64,000 nt of DNA from Thermoplasmata archaeon (lineage in GTDB: Archaea; Thermoplasmatota; Thermoplasmata; Lutacidiplasmatales; UBA184), in NCBI GenBank assembly GCA_035502015.1, contig DATJVA010000001.1, forward strand, positions 676 to 64,675, given 5' to 3'. This document shows positions 19,286-29,138 of the stretch, in pieces; positions within the stretch are counted from its first letter, which is position 1, and each line of letters begins with the position of its first letter. Under the pieces are notes generated by a model, which did no database searches, was not told the origin of the DNA, and saw only the letters and a program-made list of their open reading frames with translations. Made by a program: the position numbers and the translations under genes.

Positions 19286-20395
19286 ATGCCGTCCGAGGAC
19301 GCCACTCCACCGGCCGTCGCTCGGGCGATCGTCGGAAGCGCGGTTGCTGCCCGACGGGGAGAGCACGTCGTCGTGGTCTCCTGGAACCACACCCTTCCCT
19401 GGGCGGCCGCCTGCGTCACCGAACTGCGCCGCGTCGGAGCCCGCGCGCTCCTCCTTCTCGAGGACGAGGGGGCGTTCTGGCGAAGCGTGGATAGCGCGGC
19501 GCCGACCCGTCGATGGGCGGGACTCACGCGACCGGTCCGTGCCGCGCTCGCCCATTCCGACGCGCTCGTCTACTTCCCCGGACCGGCCGACCGACCGCGG
19601 CTCCATGGTCTGCCTACCCACCTCCTCGCACCGTTCGTGGGAGCGGATGACGAGTGGTTCGCGGCGACCCGCCGCTCGGGTGTGAGGGCGGTCCGATGTC
19701 TGCTCGGATACGCCTCGGACGCGCAGGCCGAGCACTGGGGCGTCCCCGGGGCGATGTGGCGGAGCCAACTGATCCGAGGGATCACCGATGTCGATTACGG
19801 AGACCTCCGCAACGACGGCGAACGGGCTGCCGCGCTTCTCGCCCACGGTCGGGAGCTGCGTCTCACGGCGGCGAACGGCACTGACCTCAAGCTCCGCCTC
19901 CGGGGCCGTGGCCCTTGGGTGGACGACGGAGTCGTCGACGCCGCGGACCGCCGGCGGGGCCGGCTGCTGGCGAGCTCGCCGGCCGGCGCGGTGGTGGTGG
20001 CGGTCGACGAGGGGTCCGCCGAAGGGACGGTGGTCGCGAACCGCCCGAGCTACCTTTCGCCCGGCCGGGTCGACGGCGCGCAGTGGGAGGTCGAGGCCGG
20101 TCGCCTCCGCAACTACTGGTACACCGACGGGGGAGGGGCGTTCGAGACCGAGTTCTCGCGCGCGCCTCGCGGCCGGGAGACGGTCGGGCTGTTCGCCCTC
20201 GGACTGAATCCGGCATTACCCCCCGGAGTACCGCAGGCCGAGGACCAGGAGGCCGGGACGGTCACGCTGGCGATCGGAGGGAACACCCTCTACGGGGGAC
20301 GGAATCGGTGCCGGTTCCTCTCGTGGATCACCGTCGGGGAGGCGACGGTCGCCGTGGATGGCGCGCCGCTCTGCGACCGCGGCAAGGTCCTCTAG
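19286..20395 (+). CDS. Aminopeptidase, M29 (AmpS/PepS 'thermophilic metalloprotease') family-like
   Basis: From memory of AmpS: N-terminal ..G..VVV......P...A...E....GA, central NGTDL, and C-terminal TLAIGGN.. / ..DG blocks are co-linear. Confidence 0.5.
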   Translation: MPSEDATPPAVARAIVGSAVAARRGEHVVVVSWNHTLPWAAACVTELRRVGARALLLLEDEGAFWRSVDSAAPTRRWAGLTRPVRAALAHSDALVYFPGPADRPRLHGLPTHLLAPFVGADDEWFAATRRSGVRAVRCLLGYASDAQAEHWGVPGAMWRSQLIRGITDVDYGDLRNDGERAAALLAHGRELRLTAANGTDLKLRLRGRGPWVDDGVVDAADRRRGRLLASSPAGAVVVAVDEGSAEGTVVANRPSYLSPGRVDGAQWEVEAGRLRNYWYTDGGGAFETEFSRAPRGRETVGLFALGLNPALPPGVPQAEDQEAGTVTLAIGGNTLYGGRNRCRFLSWITVGEATVAVDGAPLCDRGKVL

Positions 20396-20984
20396 AACGG
20401 GAGCGGGCCGGCGGGCCGGTCGGCGATTCTTCGACCGCCCCGCGTCCCGGGTCGCCCGTGACCTTCTCGGGGCGGGGTTGGTCGTCCGGTCGGGCCGGAC
20501 GAAGAGGTCGGTCCGCATCGTCGAGACCGAAGCGTACGTACGGAACGACCCGGCGAGCCACGCCTTCCGGGGACCCACGACGCGGAACCGGTCGATGTTC
20601 TCCTTGCCGGGCACGCTCTACGTGTATCGGATCCACCAGGTCGTCTGCGCGAACCTGGTCGCTCGATGGGGAGAGGCGGTGCTGGTGCGGTCCGGCGCCG
20701 CTGTCGGCGTCCCCCCCGCGACCGCCTCGGGGCCCGGCCGGTTATGTCGGTATCTTGGGATCACGCACGCGGACGACGGGTCGGATGCCGTGGCCGGGGG
20801 TCGTGTCGAGGTTCGCCTTCCCAGGACGCCATCCCCTCCAGTGGTCGTCGGTCCCCGTATCGGTATCCGGAAGGCGGTCGACCGACCGCTCCGGTTCTAT
20901 GTCGCCGGCGAACCGGCCGTCTCTCGTCCGCGTCCCGTCCAGCGGTCCACGAGGGCGGCCCAACGGCCGCGCTCCGGCGACTGA
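20358..20984 (+). CDS. mpg: 3-methyladenine DNA glycosylase (Mpg/AAG family)
   Basis: FFDRPASRVARDLLG...RIVETEAY...DPASHAFRGPTTRNRSMF.LPGTLYVYRIHQVVCANLV is the Mpg signature. The annotated ATG overlaps the upstream gene by 38 nt, so the true start may be later. Confidence 0.75.
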   Translation: MARRSATAARSSRTGAGRRAGRRFFDRPASRVARDLLGAGLVVRSGRTKRSVRIVETEAYVRNDPASHAFRGPTTRNRSMFSLPGTLYVYRIHQVVCANLVARWGEAVLVRSGAAVGVPPATASGPGRLCRYLGITHADDGSDAVAGGRVEVRLPRTPSPPVVVGPRIGIRKAVDRPLRFYVAGEPAVSRPRPVQRSTRAAQRPRSGD

Positions 20985-20995
20985 GGACGGGCTAC

Positions 20996-21157
20996 CTACT
21001 TCAGCTTCTTCCAGTCGTACCCACGCCGTCGCGCGGTGTTGCCGAAGCCGCACGACGCGCAGACGTTCTTCTGGCGGTGGTACGAGTGGCGACCGCAGCG
21101 GCGGCAGATGATGTGAACGATCTTTCCTCCGCGGCGGGACGGTGTTCCCTTTCCCAT
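20996..21157 (-). CDS. rpl37e: 50S ribosomal protein L37e
   Basis: MGKGTPSRRGGKIVHIICRRCGRHSYHRQKNVCASCGF... C4 zinc-ribbon L37e. AAGGAGG SD 6 nt upstream. Only the 3' 53 codons of ORF 20996..22777 are real. Confidence 0.9.
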   Translation of the reverse strand: MGKGTPSRRGGKIVHIICRRCGRHSYHRQKNVCASCGFGNTARRRGYDWKKLK

Positions 21158-21168
21158 GGTTCGCCTCC

Positions 21169-21381
21169 TTACGGTGAGATGTAGACGATCGAATCGCCGC
21201 GCACGAGCGTCAGCCCGGAGCGAGGTGTCACTTGGTCCTTCACGACCTCTTCGGCCTGAGAGAGGACCAGGTTCAAGTGCTGGTCGAACGCGTCCAGATT
21301 GCCCCGGAACGAGCGTCCGCCCTTCAGCTCCACCAGGACGCGCTTGTGGAGGCTCTGCTGCAGGGCATCGAGCGGCTTCAT
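21169..21381 (-). CDS. Sm-like (LSm) archaeal protein
   Basis: 70 aa. Sm1/Sm2 motifs (RVLVELKGGRSFRGNLDAFDQHLNLVL). The LSm-L37e gene pairing is conserved in archaea. Confidence 0.9.
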   Translation of the reverse strand: MKPLDALQQSLHKRVLVELKGGRSFRGNLDAFDQHLNLVLSQAEEVVKDQVTPRSGLTLVRGDSIVYISP

Positions 21382-21413
21382 CGTTCGTCGCGAGGGAGCG
21401 GTGCAGACCGGGT

Positions 21414-21431
21414 GGGCTTTTTAACGGTTGG
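21414..21431 (-). promoter_or_regulatory. Promoter of the LSm-L37e operon: CCAACCG-TTAAAAAG (BRE/TATA-like) on the coding strand
   Basis: Forward gctttttaacggttgg. Shares the 11-mer TTAACGGTTGG with the S15 promoter at 28241-28251. Confidence 0.35.
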
Positions 21432-22140
21432 GGCCGACGACCGACCGGCGTGCCTTCCCCGTCCACCCCTCCAGAGTGGACACCACCGCGAGCGCCTCGG
21501 CCCGGGACGGACGCCGGGCCGCCCCCGCGCGGGAGAGAACCGCCTCGAGGTGACGCGCGAGGGAGACGGGTGCGGACCGCGCTCGGAGCTGGAAGAACCG
21601 GCCCGGGAGAACCTGGGGCAACACTTCCTCGAAGAGCATTCGCTCGAACCGGCCGACCGCCTCGTGCCGAGCCCGAAGTCGCCTCGGGTGGCGCTCCGCG
21701 TCCCGACGGGCGCGGGCGGCCCGCTCGCGGGCGGTCGTGTGGAGGTAGACCGTGAGGTCGGGGACCCCGAGGGCACCTCTCCGGACGAGCGACCGGGCAC
21801 TCCGGACGAGGGTCCGGCCCACGGACGCCGGGGAGCCACCGATCGTGACGAGGCCGAGCGTGTACGTGACGGGACCGAGGAAACCGGTGTCGGCCAGCAC
21901 GGTCTCCCCCTGCTCGCACAGCCGGCGCGCTTCCCGGTAGCGATGAGTCTCCTCTGCGAGCAGAGTCTCCTCGAGCCGCAAGAGCTCGAGAGAGGAGTCG
22001 AACTCGATCGACGGGGACGGGTCGAGGCGGTCGACGGCCTCGGAGAGGGGTCGCCAGCCGTATCGTCGCGCCGCGACGCGGACGAGCGTCGACTTTCCGG
22101 AGGCAGAGCCCCCCTCGAGCGCCACCAGCCGGCCCCGCAT
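21421..22140 (-). CDS. Thymidylate-kinase-fold P-loop kinase (divergent paralog)
   Basis: Start at MRGRLVALEGGSASGKST (Walker A). Also has Tmk-like LADTGFLGPVTYTLG and PDLTVYLHTTARERAARA. The upstream Arg-rich ORF extension was rejected; alternative start at 22200. Confidence 0.5.
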   Translation of the reverse strand: MRGRLVALEGGSASGKSTLVRVAARRYGWRPLSEAVDRLDPSPSIEFDSSLELLRLEETLLAEETHRYREARRLCEQGETVLADTGFLGPVTYTLGLVTIGGSPASVGRTLVRSARSLVRRGALGVPDLTVYLHTTARERAARARRDAERHPRRLRARHEAVGRFERMLFEEVLPQVLPGRFFQLRARSAPVSLARHLEAVLSRAGAARRPSRAEALAVVSTLEGWTGKARRSVVGPNR

Positions 22141-22240
22141 CTTCGCTTCTCCGCTCCGCCGTCGTAGTCCCTCGCCCGCGGAAAACCGTGCCGTCGTCAT
22201 CACCGCCAGCTTTTCCCGAACCGAGAGCATCCCCGGTGCG

Positions 22241-23533
22241 GTGCCCGAGCCTTCCGAGCCTTCCGCAGCGCGACGGCGCATTCCGGCCCGGGTCCTCGAG
22301 GTGGACTCCCTGGCCGACGTCGCCCGAGAGGTGGCGCGGACCGAAAGCGACCCCGAGGGGGTGGCGATCATGACCCGGAAGGGTCGGATCTATCCGGTCC
22401 GGCTGGACGGGATCTCGCTCAAGGCGGCCCCGCTCCTCAAACAGGAGACGCTCTCGGTCGGGGCCGACTCGGCGCACGCCCGCGGGATCGCCGACCACTC
22501 GGTCGCGACGACCTCGGTCGTGATCCTGGCGACGTGGGGACAGTACCAGCGGCTCCTCCCGAAGCTCCGGCGCCAACCGTTCCGCCTCGCGGACGCGGCC
22601 GCCGAGATCGACCACGCCCTGAGGGCCTACGTCGCGCGCACCCCGCGGACGGTCCGCGGCCCGCACCGCTCGTTCCTCGTCGGGGACCGGCCCCAGGTCA
22701 TGGGGGTCCTCAACGTCACTCCCGACTCGTTCTCGGATGGGGGCCTCCACATGGACCCGAAGGAGGCGGTCGCGCACGCCGAGCGCCTGGTCGACGAAGG
22801 GGCGGCGATGATCGACATCGGCGGGGAGTCGACCCGGCCGGGAGCGGCCCCTGTCTCTCCGGACGCGGAATGGGCTCGGGTCGGGCCGGTCCTCGCGGGA
22901 CTTTCCGGTCGCCTACCGGTCCCGATCTCGATCGACACGCGGCACGCGGAGGTGGCCGCCAAGGCGGTCGACGCGGGGGCCGATGTCGTGAACGACATCG
23001 AGGGCCTCCGGTCCGAGGCGATGCGTCGGGTCGTCGCGAAGAGCGGGGCGGCCGTGATCGCGATGCACATGCGCGGAGACCCGACGACGATGCAGTCGAA
23101 CCTGGTCTACGGCGACCTGCGCGGGGAGGTGTTCTCGTGGCTCGCGGCGTCGACGGAGCGGGCGATCGCGGAAGGGGTACCTGCCGACCGGATCCTCATC
23201 GACCCGGGCCTCGGGTTCGGAAAGTCCGCCGAACAGTCGCTCGAGCTCCTCCTGCACGTCGGGGAGTTCCGGAGCCTCGGATACCCGGTCGTGGTCGGAG
23301 CGTCGCGGAAATCGTTCCTCGGCTGGGTCCTCGGCATCGAGGCGCCGGGCCCTCGCCTTGAGGCGGGGATCGCCGCGGCCGTCGTCGCCGCGGAGCGGGG
23401 GGCGGCGATCGTCCGCACGCACGATGTGGGGCCGACCGTGCGAGCGCTCGAGGTCGTGCGGGCCGCGCGGGAGCTCGCGAACAGCGCACCGGCCGCGTCC
23501 GAGCTCGATGCGTCGGACCCGGACGCGCCCTAG
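22241..23533 (+). CDS. folP: Dihydropteroate synthase with an about 150-aa N-terminal extension domain
   Basis: VMGVLNVTPDSFSDGG...IDIGGESTRPGA...ISIDT...NDI is the DHPS/pterin-binding signature. The N-terminal extension was not recognised. Confidence 0.85.
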   Translation: MPEPSEPSAARRRIPARVLEVDSLADVAREVARTESDPEGVAIMTRKGRIYPVRLDGISLKAAPLLKQETLSVGADSAHARGIADHSVATTSVVILATWGQYQRLLPKLRRQPFRLADAAAEIDHALRAYVARTPRTVRGPHRSFLVGDRPQVMGVLNVTPDSFSDGGLHMDPKEAVAHAERLVDEGAAMIDIGGESTRPGAAPVSPDAEWARVGPVLAGLSGRLPVPISIDTRHAEVAAKAVDAGADVVNDIEGLRSEAMRRVVAKSGAAVIAMHMRGDPTTMQSNLVYGDLRGEVFSWLAASTERAIAEGVPADRILIDPGLGFGKSAEQSLELLLHVGEFRSLGYPVVVGASRKSFLGWVLGIEAPGPRLEAGIAAAVVAAERGAAIVRTHDVGPTVRALEVVRAARELANSAPAASELDASDPDAP

Positions 23534-23534
23534 G

Positions 23535-23756
23535 CTAGGCGTCGTCGGTCGGCGGAGGAGCGACCGGGCTCCCATCGTCCCGGACCTCGGTCTCGAAGAC
23601 GAGCGAGCCCATGTAGTCGCACTTCTGGCAGTGGTACACCTGGCCGACGATCGACCCGGCGATCAGCGAGACCCTCACCGACCCGCACTTCGGGCAGAGG
23701 AGGACGGTCTTACCCTGTTTTGCCCGACGACGCATCGTCGTCCTCCGCGTCGTCAT
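23535..23756 (-). CDS. Small zinc-ribbon protein
   Basis: CPKCG...(19)...CQKCDY C4 ribbon. Overlaps the gyrA 3' end by 25-46 nt depending on start. Confidence 0.45.
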   Translation of the reverse strand: MTTRRTTMRRRAKQGKTVLLCPKCGSVRVSLIAGSIVGQVYHCQKCDYMGSLVFETEVRDDGSPVAPPPTDDA

Positions 23757-26364
23757 CGCCCTCGTCGTCCGGAGCGGGAGTGTCGGAGCCGTCCTCCTCG
23801 GGGGTCTCCTCCTCGTCGGAGGTCTCCTCGTCCGCCGGAGGCTCAGGAGACTCCGGGCCCGGCTCGGGGGAAGGCTTCGCGCCGGACCCGGCCGGTGCGC
23901 TCGTTTCGATCGGGGGCTCGAGGATGACGGCGTCGCGCACGGTATCGCCCTCGCCGAGGCGGATGACGCGTACGCCGAGAGTGTTCCGGGCCTGGGACCG
24001 GATCCCCTTCACGGCCATGCGGATCGTGATCCCGTGCTCGGTCGTGACGAGCGCCTCGCTCGCGTCCGTCGTCGGGAGGACGGCGACGACCGACCCGTTG
24101 CGACCGCCGGTCTTGATCGTCCGGACCCCCTTCGCGCCGCGGCGCGTGCGGCGGTAGTCCGCGGTCGGGCTCCTCTTACCGTAGCCGGTCGTCGTGAGCG
24201 AGAGCAGCATCGGGAACCGTTCGTCGACGGGCGCCATCGCCACCACCTTGTCGCCCTTCTCCTCGGAGAGCCGGACCCCGATCACCCCGTACGTCGCGCG
24301 GCCCATCGGCCGCACCTCGGTGAGCGGGAACCGCACGAGCTGGCCGGCGAGCGTCGCGAGGATGATCTCGGTCGCCTCGTTCTCCACGAGGACGACGTCG
24401 ACGAGCTCGTCCCCCTCCTCGAGGAGGACCGCCTGGATGCCGTTCGTCCGGATGTTCTGGTACTCGTCGAGGTTCGTCCGCTTCACGATCCCCTTGCGCG
24501 TCGCGAAGACGAGCGAGCCCGCCGCGGCGATGTCCTTGAGCGGAAGCAGGGTCTGCACGCGCTCGCCGTCCTTGAGTTTCGGGAGGAGGTTGATCACCGC
24601 CTTCCCTTTCGAGTGGCGGCTCCCCTCGGGGAGCTCGTACGCCTTCAGCCGGTAGACGCGGCCGAGGTTGGTGAGGAACAGCACGTCGTCGTGCGTTCGC
24701 GTGACGAAGGTACGGATGACGAAATCCTCCTCCTTCGTCTCCATCTGGATCAGCCCTCGCCCTCCCCGGCGCTGGCGCCGGTACTGGTCGAGCGGGAGCC
24801 GCTTGACGTAGCCGTCCCGGGTGACCAGGACCACGACGTCCATGTCGGGGATCAGGTCCTCGAGGGTGCGCTCGGTGAACGCCGGGACGATGCGGGTCCG
24901 GCGCTCGTCCCCGAACCGCTTCTTGAGGTCGGTGAGCTCGTCCGCGATCAGCTGGTCGAGCAGCTTCGGGGAGGCGAGCACCGCCTTGAGCTGTTTCGCG
25001 AGGGCCTCCTTCTCCGCCTTCTCCTTCTCGACCGACTCGCGCTCGAGCGCGGTCAGACGCGCGAGCCGCATGTCGAGGATCGCCTTCGCCTGCTCGCTCG
25101 AGAGGAGGAACTTTCCCATCAGGTTCGTCTCGGCGACCTGGACGTCCTTCGAGCGGCGGATGATCCGGATCACCTCGTCGATGTGGTCGATCGCGGTGAG
25201 GAACCCCTCGAGAAGGTGGAGGCGCTCCTCGGTCTTCCGAAGGTCGAACTTCGTCCGGCGGGTGAGGATGGTCCGCCGGTGGTCGATGTGCAGCGCGAGC
25301 AGCTCGAGCAGCGAAAGGACCCTCGGGTGCCCTTCGACGAGACAGAGGTTGATCACGCCGAAGCTCGTCTCGAGCGGTGTGTGCTCGTACAGCCGGTTCA
25401 GGACGATCTCGGACGGAGCGTCGCGACGCAGCTCGAGCACGACGCTCGTCCCGTGGCGGTCCGATTCGTCCCTCAGGTCGGTGATCCCGTCGACCCGCTT
25501 TCCCTTGACAAGGTCGGCGATCAGCTGGAGAAGGTCGGCCTTGTTGACCTCGTACGGGATCTCGGTGAGGACGATCTCGTCCTTCCCCGCACGCTCGCGG
25601 ATCTCCGCGGTCCCGCGCAGGTGGATCATGCCGCGGCCGGTCTCGTACGCCTCTCGGATCCCTTCCGTCGAGAGGTAGCCGCCCGTCGGGAAGTCCGGTC
25701 CCGGAACGACCTTCATCACGTCGTCGAGGGTCGCATCGGGGTGGGCGAGGAGCAGAAGGAGCGCGTCGACGACCTCCCCGAGGTTGTGGGGGGGCATGTT
25801 GGTCGCCATGCCGACCGCGATGCCGGCCGAGCCGTTGACGAGCAGATTGGGGACCTTCGAGGGCAACAGGAGCGGTTCCTTCAGGGTCCCGTCGAAGTTG
25901 TCGTTCCACTCCACCGTCTCCTTCTCGATATCGAGAAGGAGCTCCTCGGCGATCGCCGACAGCCGCGCCTCGGTGTACCGCATCGCGGCGGGGGAGTCGC
26001 CGTCGATCGAACCGAAGTTCCCCTGACCGTCGATGAGCGGGTAGCGCAGGCTGAACGGCTGCGCCATCCGAACGAGCGCATCGTACACGGCGAGGTCGCC
26101 GTGCGGGTGGTACTTCCCGAGCACCTCGCCGACCGTGCGCGCGCTCTTGCGGTACGCCCGGTCGTGGGTCGCCCCGGACTCCCACATCGACCAGAGGATG
26201 CGTCGGTGGACCGGCTTCAGGCCGTCACCGGCGAGCGGCAGAGCCCGCCCGACGATGACGCTCATCGCGTAATCGATGTACGAGCGGTGCATCTCCTGCT
26301 CGAGCGCGCGGTCGTGGACCCGGTCGATCGGCGCTTCCGGGACCTCGGTCGGCGGCGCGCTCAT
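23710..26364 (-). CDS. gyrA: DNA gyrase subunit A
   Basis: Start at [16 protein letters not shown]. Has [34 protein letters not shown], six beta-pinwheel C-terminal repeats and an acidic tail. Its ATG overlaps the upstream TGA (ATGA). The 110-aa Arg-rich N-terminal ORF extension was rejected. Confidence 0.95.
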   Translation of the reverse strand: MSAPPTEVPEAPIDRVHDRALEQEMHRSYIDYAMSVIVGRALPLAGDGLKPVHRRILWSMWESGATHDRAYRKSARTVGEVLGKYHPHGDLAVYDALVRMAQPFSLRYPLIDGQGNFGSIDGDSPAAMRYTEARLSAIAEELLLDIEKETVEWNDNFDGTLKEPLLLPSKVPNLLVNGSAGIAVGMATNMPPHNLGEVVDALLLLLAHPDATLDDVMKVVPGPDFPTGGYLSTEGIREAYETGRGMIHLRGTAEIRERAGKDEIVLTEIPYEVNKADLLQLIADLVKGKRVDGITDLRDESDRHGTSVVLELRRDAPSEIVLNRLYEHTPLETSFGVINLCLVEGHPRVLSLLELLALHIDHRRTILTRRTKFDLRKTEERLHLLEGFLTAIDHIDEVIRIIRRSKDVQVAETNLMGKFLLSSEQAKAILDMRLARLTALERESVEKEKAEKEALAKQLKAVLASPKLLDQLIADELTDLKKRFGDERRTRIVPAFTERTLEDLIPDMDVVVLVTRDGYVKRLPLDQYRRQRRGGRGLIQMETKEEDFVIRTFVTRTHDDVLFLTNLGRVYRLKAYELPEGSRHSKGKAVINLLPKLKDGERVQTLLPLKDIAAAGSLVFATRKGIVKRTNLDEYQNIRTNGIQAVLLEEGDELVDVVLVENEATEIILATLAGQLVRFPLTEVRPMGRATYGVIGVRLSEEKGDKVVAMAPVDERFPMLLSLTTTGYGKRSPTADYRRTRRGAKGVRTIKTGGRNGSVVAVLPTTDASEALVTTEHGITIRMAVKGIRSQARNTLGVRVIRLGEGDTVRDAVILEPPIETSAPAGSGAKPSPEPGPESPEPPADEETSDEEETPEEDGSDTPAPDDEGDDDAEDDDASSGKTG

Positions 26365-27758
26365 GGAGCGGACCCCTCGGTCGGACCGAGCTGCTCGGCG
26401 ATGACCCGGTCGGCCGCCGCGAGGAACGTGTCGCGCGTCCCGTGCGGGATCGTCGCCCCGCTCGCCACGCGATGGCCTCCTCCTTCGCCGCCGACGCTCG
26501 CGGCCGCGACCCGGCAGGCCGCCGCGAGGTCGAGGCCCCGGTCGACCTGCCGGAGCAGTCCCCGGGAGCTCACCTTGGTCGGTCCCGGGTCGCCGCTCGA
26601 GAAGACGAACACCGGATGGTCGGGCGGAAGAAGGTAGTTCATCGCGAGACCGGCCTGAGTGCCCGCGAGGGTGGTCTCGGGGCTCTCGAACCACCGGAGG
26701 AATCGCAGCGAATTAACCCCGTCGTTCTCGACCCTCAGGAGCCCCCGGAGGATGCCCGCCCGCCACTCGCTCTCCGCCGTGCGGACCCGTTCCGCGGAAC
26801 GGCCGTCGCCGAGGGCGTACGCGACCCCCACTCCCGGGACCCCCGCCCGACCGGCGGCGTTCTGAAGGTTCGCCACCTCCTCGGCGTCGAGCCCGAGCGA
26901 CGGCACGAACCAGCGTTCCTGGTCGACGACGTTCGCCGACTCGGGGACCACGCCGGCCCGGGTCAACCGTTCCTTGAGGGCCGTGACGAGTCTTCGGCCC
27001 TCCGTATCGGTGAGCTTGGCGGGCGAGCGGGCCGGGTCGAGTCCCAGCTCGTTCAGGAACGGCCCGACCGCCTCGCGGCGGCCGGAGAGCCCCCGGACGA
27101 ACGGGTCGATGCTGTTCGTGAGCGCGTCGCCGAGGCTCGGACCGAACAGCGCGACCCCGGGCCGGCGCACGATGTGCGACCGGCGCACGGCCTCGTCGAC
27201 GAGCAGCGCGTTGAGGCCGCGGAACCCGCCGATGTGCTGGCGGTCGGCGATCGCCCCGGAGAGTCCCCACGGGGCGTTGTCCCAGTTCACCGGGTCGAGG
27301 AAGACGGTGTAGAGCCACGTGAGCGTCGAGGCGCACAGCTCGTTCATCCCGTCGACGCCCCAGTCGAGAGGGTTCACGAACGCGACGTGCGGGGGAAGGG
27401 CCGGAGGGTTCGGCACCCCCGGGTACTTGTGGTGGTCGAGGACGACCACGGGCTGACGGTGCTCGGCGAACAGGTCGAGCCAGCTCGCGCCCGTATCGAC
27501 CACGAGCACCGGGCCCGCGGTCGCGCCGAGGAGAGCGGAGACCCGGTCCCGCTCGACGCCCGTGAGCGCGGTCGCCTGAGCCGGGTAGCCGAGGCGCTGG
27601 AGCGCGCGGAGGGCACAGGAAGCGGCCGCGATCCCGTCCCCGTCATAGTGGTAGATCACCCGCCAACGCTGAGGGTGGGCGAGGAGGACAGAGCGGGCGC
27701 GCTCGAACTCGTAAGTGTAGCGAGGGTCAGCGACGAGTCCGTCCGGACCCGAGGGCAT
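26361..27758 (-). CDS. DHH-family phosphoesterase, archaeal RecJ/GAN-like
   Basis: Start at [12 protein letters not shown] (shares 1 nt with the rps15 stop, TGATG). DHH motifs [13 protein letters not shown] and VVVLDHHK, plus a DHHA1-like C-terminus. Confidence 0.8.
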   Translation of the reverse strand: MPSGPDGLVADPRYTYEFERARSVLLAHPQRWRVIYHYDGDGIAAASCALRALQRLGYPAQATALTGVERDRVSALLGATAGPVLVVDTGASWLDLFAEHRQPVVVLDHHKYPGVPNPPALPPHVAFVNPLDWGVDGMNELCASTLTWLYTVFLDPVNWDNAPWGLSGAIADRQHIGGFRGLNALLVDEAVRRSHIVRRPGVALFGPSLGDALTNSIDPFVRGLSGRREAVGPFLNELGLDPARSPAKLTDTEGRRLVTALKERLTRAGVVPESANVVDQERWFVPSLGLDAEEVANLQNAAGRAGVPGVGVAYALGDGRSAERVRTAESEWRAGILRGLLRVENDGVNSLRFLRWFESPETTLAGTQAGLAMNYLLPPDHPVFVFSSGDPGPTKVSSRGLLRQVDRGLDLAAACRVAAASVGGEGGGHRVASGATIPHGTRDTFLAAADRVIAEQLGPTEGSAP

Positions 27759-28213
27759 CACTCCACCTGGAGCGCCGCCGCGGCGGCCGTGTACCGCCAC
27801 GATTCGGGGATCCGCTTGCGCTGCCGGTAGTAGCGGGCCAGGCGGCGGATGCGGGACTCCATCAGCGTGAGGCCCCGGCGGTTCGAGAGGTCCTTCGGGT
27901 GCGACTCGAGGTGCCGCTGAAGGTGGACGACCCGCTTCAGGAGCGCCTGGAGGTCGTCCGGGATCTCGGAAGGGACGCCGGCCTCCTTGAGGAGCACCCC
28001 GAGTCGCTTTCCCGTGACCGCCCGCGCCGAGGGAACGCCAAAGCCGTCGCGCAGGTTCATCCCGACCTGCGCCGCGGAGATGCCCGCCTTCGACTGCTGG
28101 ACCGCCTGGGCGACCAGCTCCTCTTCGGTCACGGTGACCCACGCCGGCTTCGTGAGGGGGTACGGCCGGTGCGACCCGGCGCGCCCTTTGTGCCCGGAGT
28201 GGATCCGCGACAT
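27758..28213 (-). CDS. rps15: 30S ribosomal protein S15 (uS15), archaeal long form
   Basis: 151 aa. ...ESRIRRLARYYRQ...PESWRYTAAAA is an archaeal S15 hallmark. Confidence 0.9.
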   Translation of the reverse strand: MSRIHSGHKGRAGSHRPYPLTKPAWVTVTEEELVAQAVQQSKAGISAAQVGMNLRDGFGVPSARAVTGKRLGVLLKEAGVPSEIPDDLQALLKRVVHLQRHLESHPKDLSNRRGLTLMESRIRRLARYYRQRKRIPESWRYTAAAAALQVE

Positions 28214-28235
28214 GGGTTCGCGGGGACACTCGTCC

Positions 28236-28251
28236 GCTACTTAACGGTTGG
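28236..28251 (-). promoter_or_regulatory. Promoter of the rps15-DHH-gyrA string: CCAACCG-TTAAGTAG about 27 nt upstream of the ATG (leaderless)
   Basis: Forward ctacttaacggttgg. Same 11-mer as the LSm promoter. Confidence 0.35.
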
Positions 28252-28295
28252 TGCGTTCGGCCATTCTACCGAGGGTAAACCGGACGTCCGCGCGG

Positions 28296-28640
28296 TCAGC
28301 GGATGCGGTCGATCTGCTTCGAACTTTCGATGAGGAACCGCTTCCCCTCGGTCGTGATGCGGTACGCCGCGGGGGCGAGGCCACGGGACGGGGACGCCCC
28401 GGGACCGCCGGCCTGTACGTTGACCATCCCGTTGCGGACAAGGAGCCCGAGCACGAGGGGCACCTTCACCTGGTCGAGCTTGATCGCCCAGAAGTCGGAG
28501 AGGAGCCTCTCGATCTCCCGAAGCTCGAGCGTCTGGCGATGCTCGTGGCCCTCGTGCATCGACTCGACCCGGTTGAGCTGCTGCAGGACGGCGATCAGCG
28601 TGGCCCGTACCGGGTCGGGTTTCGCTTCCGCGGACGCCAT
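28296..28640 (-). CDS. PadR-like winged-helix small regulator (paralog 1)
   Basis: ...PLVLGLLVRNGMV...AYRITTEGKRFL resembles the PadR wing/helix pattern. Paralogous to the next gene. Confidence 0.45.
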   Translation of the reverse strand: MASAEAKPDPVRATLIAVLQQLNRVESMHEGHEHRQTLELREIERLLSDFWAIKLDQVKVPLVLGLLVRNGMVNVQAGGPGASPSRGLAPAAYRITTEGKRFLIESSKQIDRIR

Positions 28641-28706
28641 CCGGGCAAGTCTACGCGGGCCTCGGGTACTTAAACTGCGCCGCTTCGGCGCGGTGCACGT
28701 CGCCGA

Positions 28707-29045
28707 TTACTCGACGCGGCCCGTGCGGCGGAGCCGCGAGATGAGGAACGCCTTCCCCTGGGTCGTGATCGCGTAGCGCGTCGCGACGACCCGTCCCCGC
28801 TCCCACGAGTACGCGGGGTCCTCCAGGCAGCGGGCCAGTCCGTTCCCGACGAGCACGGTGACGGCCCTCTCGACGTCGGGGCACGTGACCATGGGAAGCG
28901 GCCCACGACCGAGGATGTGATGGAGCTCGTCGACCTCGAGACCCGAATCGGTCCCGGCCTCGTTTTCGGAACGGTTCAGCTGCTTCAGGACCTCAACGAG
29001 CTCGTCACCGAGCTCCGCGGCCGCTTCGAGCGGAGAGAGCGCCAT
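28707..29045 (-). CDS. PadR-like winged-helix small regulator (paralog 2)
   Basis: Start at MALSPLEAAAELG. LVEVLKQLNRSENEAG / YAITTQGKAFLIS is co-linear with paralog 1. Confidence 0.45.
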   Translation of the reverse strand: MALSPLEAAAELGDELVEVLKQLNRSENEAGTDSGLEVDELHHILGRGPLPMVTCPDVERAVTVLVGNGLARCLEDPAYSWERGRVVATRYAITTQGKAFLISRLRRTGRVE

Positions 29046-29138
29046 CGCGCCCAACGTTTCGTAGGAGGGGGCATTTGAACGTATCCTTCCAGCAGAGGAG
29101 CGGGCTTTTAGGTGCGCACGGCAGGTACCCTTTCGCCC

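Noticed and set aside
20996-22777. 593-aa ORF 20996..22777(-)
   Set aside because: Only the last 53 codons (L37e) are genuine. The rest runs antisense through the kinase-like and folP genes.
23710-26694. 110-aa Arg-rich N-terminal extension of the gyrA ORF, plus antisense ORFs 24034..26637(+) and 24176..26185(-)
   Set aside because: GyrA homology starts at MSAPPTEV, where an ATGA overlap with the upstream gene occurs. The antisense ORFs are GC artefacts.
26361-28229. 157-aa N-terminal extension of the DHH ORF overlapping rps15
   Set aside because: It would be translated antisense-free but out of frame with rps15 over its whole length. The DHH motif region begins right after MPSGPDG at the TGATG junction.
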